Part shown: piece after piece, positions 13,301 through 23,400 of the stretch
Layout of the letters: the number at the start of each line of letters is the position of its first letter
Numbering within the stretch: the stretch's first letter is position 1
DNA from: Nemertoderma westbladi
Lineage: Eukaryota; Animalia; Xenacoelomorpha
Direction of reading: 5' to 3'
Length of the DNA stretch: 64,000 nt
NCBI GenBank assembly: GCA_032718475.1
Contig: JAUCBJ010008732.1
Location: forward strand, 1-64,000
Translations under genes and position numbers: made by a program
The notes under the pieces: generated by a model
The model's database searches: none
What the model was told of the DNA's origin: nothing
What the model saw: the letters and a program-made list of their open reading frames with translations, nothing else

Positions 13301-14400
13301 TTAAGGGGGATAAGGGGGAAATTATTATAAATGTTAGTAGATTCTGGTTCAGCCACCAGCTTTTTAGTGCCACCAGGATGGTGTGAACTTCAGAGGTAGG
13401 TCTTTATAGTAATTATTAATTATCGAGTGATGACTTTGACTTGAAGGCGTTCACAGTGTTCTGAGGTGACGACATTGTTCGGCAAGTTATTCCATGGGTT
13501 GGGTCCAATACCCTGAAATGAAATGTTAACACTGTTTATATCAGTTTACGCTAACTGCTAACCCTCTGCTCTGCCGAGACAGGAGGGGGGGGGGGGACTG
13601 GACGCAAAACCCGCCTTGGCGAATTAATATCCAGCCTCAATGTTAAATTCTCAATTTAGGGAAAGGAGCAGGTTACAGTGGCACGTTATTTTAACCAAAA
13701 CAATAAACTAAGCACAATAACAGGTTACAGTTTTATTTTCGAGAATAATCAGCTGATATTTGGAGAGAGATTAATTTTATTGCGTCCAGTTTCCCTCCCT
13801 ATCTGGCTCTGCCAGTAAATCTATATTTTTTATATATATGTTAGCGGCTTTCTGTGGAATTAGGCTTCTGCTGAAAGCCTAGGCTTTGTGTGAACATGAA
13901 CATGGGCTGGGCAAGTTGCAAGATATTTCCTAAACACCGAAACAGGCAATGTAGTAGGCCTAAGTATAGGTTCCGCATCATTAACAGCATTTAGTTCCTT
14001 CGGTGTTCGGTCGTTCATCGCTGTTCATCGTTACGACGACATACCGTACGTCACTTGGTTCTATCAACAATAAGTAGTTTACCCAATCCTAATGAGTAGT
14101 AGTAGGCCAGATGCCAGAGGCGTAAGCTGTCACTGCTGCTGTGTGTCAGTCTGTCAGTATATCAGTTTGTTATTGTTTATATCTGTATATCAGCTAATCA
14201 GACATTCAGAAAACTACTGATTGACTTACCTATCAGCCTATACTGTACAGCTGTACTGCTGTGATGGATTATTTCACTGTTAGGTAGCAATTTGTAGTAT
14301 AACGTAAAAACTTTCTAAAATCCGACGTATTTTGACTTAATTGTAGTAATGTAATATGCTTATTCCTATTAGTACATGTTAGTTCATTGGTGACTCTATT

Positions 14401-14460
14401 GGCGCAGTGGTCAGATGGTTAAGGCGTTGGTTGCATTTACGGGTTCGAATCCCAGTCGGG
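14401..14460 (+). repeat. tRNA-derived SINE head
   Basis: A box tggtcagatgg and B box ggttcgaatccc. Confidence 0.5.
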
Positions 14461-14642
14461 TATTTGTATTTCTGGGCTATTAATTTTCTATTTATTAAAA
14501 TAGATAGGCCAATGATGTGCGTACAACACGTGGAATGATGAGTTGGGCCAATCATAGGGCATCGAACATCTTATTGCTCCAATGTGAGGCCATGGAATGT
14601 CCTGGAATGTTCTAGTGGATTCTATGTCCCAGATTTGCTATA

Positions 14643-15700
14643 GGGTAAACTGGGGTGAAGTGAGCTACTTTTGTAGTTTTTCGTGTTTTAAAAATAGTTA
14701 CTTTCTCATTAAGGAAATACCAATGTATTCCTTTGTGCACTACATTATTGCTCTAAACAATCTCACAAAAATTATAACATAATTTGCCTATTAAAAAGTC
14801 AAATTATACCTTTCGTACAGGACCTTTTGTACCTTTTGTACATGACAAAAATTGCACGGGATATCTCAAGTATCACGTATTTACCATTATTTGCGGTGAT
14901 GACAACTCTCTACCTTAATTCGTTGTTTATTATTTTGTATTTTAAAATCAATAACCAAAAAGTTTGTATGCATGAATTTTCAATATCTTTTTTTTCTTCA
15001 ATTTTTTTTTCTCAATTTTTTCTTTCAATTTCTTTTTAATATTTTTTCATATTTTGTAAAAAATTTAATTGCTTCGAAATGTCAAACTGTCGTAAGTTAT
15101 TTTGTACATTAGATCAAAGCTAGGATATTTGTAGACATTATAATGATTTTAAAGAATGGAAATAATAAAAATTTCTATATTTAAAAAAATAAATTAAAAA
15201 ATAGCTCACTTTACCCCTAGCTCACTAAAGCCTAGCTCACCGGCAAATCTAGTGGTTAGACAGACACCGATGGCGCCCTAGGAATGAAGACACATATTCG
15301 TGGCTTGGAAGGTTATCTTTAAACGCTCGAATGACAACACCTTTTTGGTCCAGGATATTTTTTACTAAGATTCGAAGATCAAATCCGTCAATAGGAAAAC
15401 CCCAATCACACATCAACTGAATTCTGTCTACGAGCGTATCCTCTTGGTCCTTTGTAAGAATTGGGGGTTTTCCTGGTGAATTTGGAAGAGGATCTTTCAG
15501 ACGGCGGTTCAATGTCGCCCTCGAAATACTAAATGTCCGCGCCGCCTCCCTCTGGCTCATTCCTTTCTGTATAGCGGATAGTGCATTATCCAGATTTTCC
15601 TTTGTAAAATCTAGATACCTCCTTGCACCTAAACGTCGTTTGTGCGTCCTCGGCATGACTTAGTCAACGTCTGCATGTTTCATATACCATACTGTTCAGT
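14643..15700 (-). mobile_element. pogo/Tigger-like DNA transposon, deleted or rearranged
   Basis: TA followed by GGGTAAACTGGGGTGAAGTGAGCTA at 14641, an inverted copy tagctcactttacccc at ~15202-15217, and an adjacent transposase N-terminus. Confidence 0.65.
15249..15656 (-). pseudogene. Truncated pogo-family transposase (HTH_psq plus CENP-B-type HTH; DDD domain missing)
   Basis: MSQREAARTFSISRATLNRRLK (psq HTH) followed by GKPPILTKDQEDTL..WGFP..FKDNLPSHEYVSSFLGRH. The ORF ends at a junction with the subterminal repeats. Confidence 0.82.
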
Positions 15701-16085
15701 AGTTAACGTTTATAATAGAATATAATTAAAAATTCAAACAGATCAGAAACACAGTAGGGCCTACCGTATCCGTATGTCAGTGCTACAGTAGATCTATATG
15801 CAGTAGATTGTGGATCTGAATGGAGAGTATACATCAGTACATGTATGCCAGGTAATAATAATACGTACGAATTATGTACCCGGTGTCCCAGTCCCATTGT
15901 CCGGTACACAATGTAGATAAAGTAAGTAGGCCTAGTGATATGATATACCTCACAATTACAATTACAATTATCAAATTCAAACAATTATCAAATTACAATT
16001 AAGATTATACAATACTTACTGACTTATGGTACTTACTGTACTATCTGTACTGTACTTACTGTACTTACTTACTATACTTACTGAC

Positions 16086-17259
16086 TGTTCGCGCTTTTGA
16101 AGACCTTTAGCAGTTTAACCTGCCAAAATTTATATGTCTTTAGTTAATTAAAACACCTTTAGCATACGACAATATTTTATGCTAATAAACAAAACATTAG
16201 CCGAAGTCAGCCCATGCGCGATCATTCACCCGATGGATCTACACCCGGGAGGCTGAATTCGGATGCTTAAATTTTATTATTGCAGTGTAAGGTTGCAGTG
16301 TAAACCTACTGTATTATTCGATAGATCGTTAATAATTAATTTCTGACAGATATTATTGGCTTTCGGGAAATATTAACAGTTCCTTTACGCTCTATCTATT
16401 TAAACAAAACTAGGACTTATACTAAACGCAACGATACCGCTTATGATTAAAGTATAAGGCGCATTCTTTAGGAAATGCTTTGTTACCAATCACAATCATG
16501 CACACTATTCTGCCGACCGTCAGTAAATTTGATCACACATAAAGAGAGCAGCAATTGACTCATGTAGGGTCTGCTAAATAACATTAGATTCAATACACAC
16601 CACATTGATATAAATCGCAATTGTTATGTATAGCCTGTCTCTCTAACCTGTAGTGTATCAAGAAAATTGGGAATTTTGGGTGATTTATCCGTATTCTCCA
16701 AAGGGCAATAATTCATCAACAAATAGATACAATTAATAACTGACGGTAAATAACAGTACAAACAATATGATTAGTGCAGTTAAATTAAGTGAGTTAGGTA
16801 AGGTAACAGTTATACTTTCGATAATTTAAGCAGTTTTACTGGAGTTCTTCCCAAAAGCCGGTGTTATGGCGAAAAATGGGAACATAACAACAGAATCATA
16901 TGAAGAATCATATGACTACATGACTATACGAGGATACCAACTACCCTTACTCCCCGAAGCTCCCGTCCAACACAGAGGATGAGCATACAGATAGGAAATT
17001 CAGTTCAGTAGCTCTGGGATAGGTCAAAATCAACGCCCACTCAAATTCTATTGGCCGATACGGACAGCAGGGCTGAGGCAACCTCCCTAAGCTGGTTGGC
17101 CGATTAAACGGAGCCCAGATACCTCCGTACAGCACATCAGCCAATAAGCTGGTAGCTTGCACTATTTTAGCTATAGATCCCTTTTAGAGTATTCTAGCGA
17201 CCGGGGGGGAACTGGCCAGCAAAGGCAAACGAATCAGTTATCCCACAAAAGCTTTTACA
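16086..17259 (-). repeat. 3' LTR of BEL-2 (1174 bp)
   Basis: Direct repeat of 28979-30157 (by eye about 2 substitutions and 3 indels); TG...CA termini. Confidence 0.95.
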
Positions 17260-17268
17260 CCGCTCCCA
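17260..17268 (-). promoter_or_regulatory. Polypurine tract of BEL-2
   Basis: Sense TGGGAGCGG immediately precedes the TGT of the 3' LTR. Confidence 0.65.
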
Positions 17269-17337
17269 GAAAATGGGATTTAAGTCTATAAAATATACAA
17301 AATCACAGTTTCTAAAATATAAAAATACTCTAAACAG

Positions 17338-18787
17338 TTAGTCTTTCTTGCGCGGACGGCGTTTACGCAGTTTTTTAAAGCTAGCAAGAGTCCTTTTCTC
17401 TTTGGGGCGAGCCACTTTACAAGGAGGGCTATAACTCCTGGGTGAAGGGTGCAATATGATTGCATCAGAAGGTATGGGATTATGATCGGTATATCCGCCG
17501 GTCGAAGTACCGGGTTGATTGACATCAACGTCCGGGGAGAGGGGTCTAACGGCTTTGAGAGCTCGTTTCAAGACAGCCGCTCTTACGGGTCCTTTACGAG
17601 CGGTCTGAACGAGGGCCGTGGGTGGACCATAGGCAGTTAGAAACTTCCTTGGTTTAATGGTTCTTTCCAACTCGCGTTCGCGGGCTCGGTACTCGTAAGG
17701 CCGTCGATATACTTCCTGTAACTCGGGGTGTGAGTTGACAAATAAGTCTCCATAGGCAGGGTCTTGACGGATAAAGTTTATTAAGTTGTAAGAATAGATG
17801 TCACTCGGATTAATGCTCCTGAGAAATTCGCGTACATATTTGGTTGAAATACATTCTCCAACGCGCTTCAGTAGTTCGTAACTCGATATGCGTGATTTCT
17901 GTTCGACAGAAGCGAATAGATAAGGATGGAACGCATAAACTCCTTCGTAAGCGCGTCCAGGATAATAACGATGGCGCGAATCACAATGTAAATCAGCGTT
18001 CGCTTCCCAAGCTCTGATGTAACGTAGTGTGATCATTTCATCTACGCTTTCCAAATCGTGACTAAAAAGGGCAATCGAAACTGACACGTCCCTTTAGTTG
18101 ACAATGGTGACATTGAGTCATAAATTGAGGGCAAACCGCAAAAATGTGCAAGTTATTGAGTCTGTAATACGCGCAATAAATTTCCATCGTCGGTTGTTCG
18201 TGGAAATAGGAACAGCGGACGTTTGTGTCCATGGGCGTAACATGGTCTCTCGATGCGCATAACCGACAACGTTGCCGAGAAACATAGTTGGCATGGCGAT
18301 AATCGTACGCAGTGAGACACTGTGGACCTTGATACCATTCTAGGAGGTAATCGTTGTCGTTGTTCCGGGCGCGATAGGCTGAATCTCCTCAGATTCTAGG
18401 CATATTGGTTCGTCTTCCCAGTCTGTTACGAATATAATTTTCGTGATCTATTCTCGGTTTATCGTTACGACTCCGCTGGGTATGATATTTAAATAGAACC
18501 ATTTCCCTTTCGGTGTATACATCATCCGTATCATGTAAATCGATAGGATGGCCGGTAGTTAGGAAGTCCATATACGTACCATTACGATGCGTATAGCGAG
18601 CGGTTAATTTTCGATAGTCCAATTCACGCGTAAGTTGCTCTTGGGACATCGGCGGTTCGATATAACGACCATCGTCCTCCGTAATGGTTGGATCGGCTTC
18701 ACCGCGTATCAAGCTATCCACAAATGCTTGTAAAGGTAGAGTATATCGTTCCCTGATACCAAGATCATCTTCTATTAATTCCGTCAT
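17338..18787 (-). pseudogene. BEL-2 extra ORF (~480 aa reconstructed): triple zinc-knuckle protein
   Basis: Reading through the TGA at 18389-18391 gives CRLCASRDH..C, CAYYRLNNLHIFAVCPQ and CHHCQLKGRVSFDCPF. One extra T at ~18065 joins this to ORF 17338-18087 (SHDLES...RAWEANADLHCDSRHR...basic tail). Confidence 0.8.
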
Positions 18788-20408
18788 ATCTGCTATCTGA
18801 GTTTATTAATATTAGTATGAGTCAATATTTAGGCAAGTGGGCGTCGCTGCCTACTAGGCTTTGCCCCCGGACAGTGGGTTTCTCAGCGCCGATGTACCGT
18901 TGTCGCGGTGTTTACGCCAACATGTAGCAACAGCACGACAACGATAACCGGCACAAGTCCCACCACTGTCCGTCCCAAAGGCTTGAATCCACTTGAGGTT
19001 ATCTCGGTAGAGTTAGGGCTACTTTACAATTGCGATTAGCTACTGTAAACACACTTTAGTAGTAACATTCACCTATAAACGCACAAATTCCATACAATCA
19101 TTACTTACTGCACACATGCATGCCATTCGTTCGTTAGTCAGTGTCTTCCAGAATGTCACGTTATTACTATGTATCCTTGGATACTAATAGTGCGCTATGT
19201 ATACTCTTATGCTACGCAATGGGGCAAGCTTTTTATTGTTCCTTTAACTTGCTTCTAATTCTAGCGTGGGTGTTGCCATGGTGACATTATGGAAAACTAG
19301 CGGTAGAATTAGGGTAATTCTCATGCATACAGATCTGGGATGTTATTTAATAGTAATTCTTTAATTGTCAATATCCTCTTTATGCATGATTTTATAAATT
19401 TTATCGGCTATTGACTATATATGTTGGAGATTCTCGCACTTTAATACACTCAACATGAATCTCCGCTCCCATGATCTATTAATTACTGGAATTTTGGGAA
19501 GGTTATAAATTGCAAAAAATGACAATTTATGAAATTCATTTGAATATGAATTTAAATTTATTCCCGTGAATTTTATTATTTGATGTTAAATTGACACAAA
19601 TTTTATTCCAGAGCATGTCTGGGGACTCAGGATCCTTAATTCTATAAAATCGTCCTTTTAAGAATATCGGTAAATACTGCGATATTTTAATTGACTAGAA
19701 ATTTTAAAGGATCGGAATTTTACAGATTTTAATAAATATTAAATTAATATTTAGGATGGGCACCGATTTATTCCAGAACTTGTCTGGGGACGTTAACCAC
19801 TGATTCTAGAATTTGTCTTTCAAGTATATCGGTGGGTGCCACGATATCTTAATCGACTAGAATTACAGATGGTCAAAAAGTTTAACAGATTTATTTGCGA
19901 TTTACGCTACTGTTAGAGGGACATCACGCTACTATATGTATTATTTGTTATAAGGAAGAAGAGCAATATCGCACGAAGCAATGTCAGTGTGAAGAGGCAA
20001 GTCGTTTCCAAGGTCTACCCAGAGCTTGGTTTAGCCGAGACACGAGGATCTGAACTTTGCATTCCTAATACTCTGCCTACCAATAATACTTAAATATAGT
20101 AGTGGCTTTATTGTACTTTAAGAAGTACTGACATGTCATCTTACTATAGTCTCGCATTTATAATATAATACGGACAGTAAGGAAAGATAAAATAATTATT
20201 TCTTGCCGTCGCACTAAATATATTACAAGTAATTAAATACGTAATAAACACTAATATATTGCACTAATTTACTAAATATTCTAAAATAACATTCTACTAA
20301 ATAAAATTAAAGAAAACGATTATAATAAAATTACATAATAATACATACATAAATATAAAATAAAAACAAATATAAAATGATATAGTCACACGCCCACTCC
20401 ATATGTTA

Positions 20409-23400
20409 TTACGTTATGGAGTCCCTAGATATTTGTCGGATTAGGGAAGTGGTCGTAGGAAGAGTATCTTGCCTTCCATAGTTTCCGGACAGTTTTCGGT
20501 CTCTTTCCAGTAAACATAAACGACTAGCTGGGCGATTGAGTTGTTGTGTTACTTTCTCCGCTCCCTTGGCCTGTCTAATTTCTGCCGTGGTAAGATGAGG
20601 AGGCCATTCTTCTTCTTCTTTACTTAAGGAGTCGGATCCACCTAACCAGCCTGGAGTATCTATCAGTTCTTGAGGAGTTGCTCCTCTGGAAGCGATGTCG
20701 GCTGGATTAATCGTCCCAAGGCAATGTCTCCATTGATCTACATTGGAGTTAATATCGTCATTATCTGAGGAGTATGGTGTTCCCTCAGTTGGATCGTCCA
20801 CATCACTGCTCTCCACTTCCCCCTTTACTTGGTATACCTGTTGTTGAGGTAATCTCTCTTTGAGAGTTCTACGGGAAGGGCCAGTGAAGTACCAACCTAC
20901 TCTAGTTCTTACCGCATAGGTTTGTAGTGGCTGCGGTTGAGCAGGCCGTTTCTCCAATGTCTCGAGCGCCTCATGCGCGTTTTGGCCGATGAGTATTTGC
21001 ACTCCAGGATAATCTGTCTGGAATCGAGGTATCTTAAGATGTTGGATGCTCTCATCCTCGTCCCAATTATAAAGGTCTGCTTGGGTAGTAGCGAAGTTCT
21101 TTATAGCCACCATTTTTACCGACCTTATACCTTGTGCTCCTAATTTATCCTGGGGGGTGGATAACACACCTACATAGTAATCTGCCGTTAGGGTAGATTT
21201 CCAAACCTGCATAATTCCTGACATATTCAATTTAGTCCGGAATTTGGGTTGTCCAGCAAAGATATCTTCGGCTAGTTCTTGATCGATGAATGTTCCTGTG
21301 CTGCCGGAGTCAAGGAGGGCGTTCACTATGTAACTTTTGTTAGGACCGTGAACTCTTACCTGCACTACAGGAAATTCTCTGATTCCTACGTTGGAAGTTG
21401 GAGCTTTCCAAGATGGTTGTCTATCAAAGGTTGTTGGGGGAAACTCATTGTTGGTGTCCTTTTCATAAGTAAGTGCTCGATACACTGAGGTATTTATTAG
21501 GTAACAGGATTCGTTGGCGTCGGAGAATTCGTCAGTATAGAATCCTTCCATCTCAGACTCTTGATCAGTGTCATTTATATCACTGAATTGGACATGTAGT
21601 TCGGGCTCACTTACCTGACTCGGGTTGTCTCGTTCGAACTCACTGTGTAACAAGATGTGATGTTTCGCGCCACACTTTGCACACTTTACGTCGGAGTAAC
21701 AGGTTCGCCGTTGGTGTCCTGATCTGAGGCAATTATAGCATAACCGCTTATTCCACAGGACTGTACGTCTGTCTACAAGGGATTTCTTTAGAAATTCAGC
21801 ACACGCACTCAAACGGTGGGGCCCGTCGCACAGCGCACATTTTGGTTTGATGTTACTCACCTTAACTTGGTTAACGTTATGCACTCTCGTTCTTTCTTCG
21901 GGCTTTCTTCCGTGAATTCTCTTAGGAGACTGAGGAGGGGTCTTGGCAACCTGTTCTCTCCTATCGTTGTTTCGAGCCTTGTATTTACTTACGTCCTTTG
22001 AGGTTTTGTCAACATAATAAGATCGGTCTGTATCTTTCCCGCTGTCCTCTTCTTGGGAAGCTTGGCTTTCGCCGTCGTCAGTGTAACACACCGGTGTTAC
22101 TCTTCTCCTAGAAGTGGGTTTCTCACTTACCTTATTTTCCAATGTTTTCTCTCTGGACTGCTTGATGAGTTGTAGTTTTACTTCACCATCTAAGAAAGAC
22201 ATGAGATCAGCCATGGTAGGACTTCGTCGTTGTTGTTCATTCATGTACAACACTTTCTTGTCCCAGCGTGTACATACTCCACCCTTTGGTAAAGTAGAGA
22301 CTACGGCTCCAATAACCATGGAACTCTGATATTCATGCGACTTACCTAACCAGTCCAGTTGTCTACAGATCTCTTGAATTTCATCGGAAAACTCTATAAT
22401 CCCGCTACTAAGGAAGTGTCGGGGGGCTACTAATTTTGCATACAAATACTTAGCTATGTTATCCTTGTTACCATACCTGATGTTTAATGTATCCCAAACT
22501 TGTCTTAATCCGTCTGGATGTCCAATAAACTTTAACGCCATTAACTTGGGAGGTCCTTCCAAGCACTTGATGAGGAATCTAAGTTTCTCTCCGTTAGATA
22601 GTACAGAATTCTGTATGCTATCTTTGTAATATTCGTTGAAAGGTAACCATTTCATCTCATCTCCATTGAATTTGACGATCTCTCCCACTTTGACCGCTTG
22701 GCGGGCTTCTGTTCTAGCCATCTGACGCGTAAAACTTTCTTGGGCCATCGTGTTATTTAATATCGAATTATCGGTATATAAATTTCTCGGATCATTATCA
22801 GGTCTATAGGGAATATCATTAATAACAGGTCTATAATCACCCTTAATAGGGTTTGCTATAGGAGTTTCTACTTCACTAGCAGTATAGATGCGTGTAGGCT
22901 CCACACCTTGCGCATGTAATACTTCAGACCTAACAGGTTGACACAATGTTACAGGGGGTATTGGTATGCCCTTTTGTATATTGACTAATTTGTCGCGTTC
23001 TAGCGCGATACTTTGCTGCACTTCTTGCAACTCTGCTCTACCTTCCCTCACTGTTCCCTTAAGTTGGTGGACAGTCTCCTGCATCTGTCCCAGCAGGAGA
23101 TTCATCCCACGCCGTCCCTCTTCCACCCACTCAACCGCCGAAGCGGGAGTCGCCAACATAGTAGCGGGCTGACGCGGGACGACGGGAGACAAATTTTTAA
23201 TTTCTCTCTCTGCTATCTGGACAGGGATATTCTCTTGGACTGTTCCACCGGGTACAGGCAGTGTAGTACTATGTAAAGGGAATTTAGAGTTAAGCTCTGG
23301 AAGTACAGGGGTCTCTAACACAGAAGTGACTTTGGGAACGACAGGCCTAATTATCTCAGGCTCATCAACTATTGTAGAGAGTCTTTGGACCTTAATACTT

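Noticed and set aside
14401-14460. Functional tRNA genes (also 11531-11593 and 50861-50894)
   Set aside because: Only A/B boxes are present, with no complete cloverleaf.
16947-17162. Identical 71-aa ORF in both BEL-2 LTRs
   Set aside because: The identity simply reflects LTR duplication, the start is non-ATG, and the ORF is not preserved in the BEL-1 LTR.
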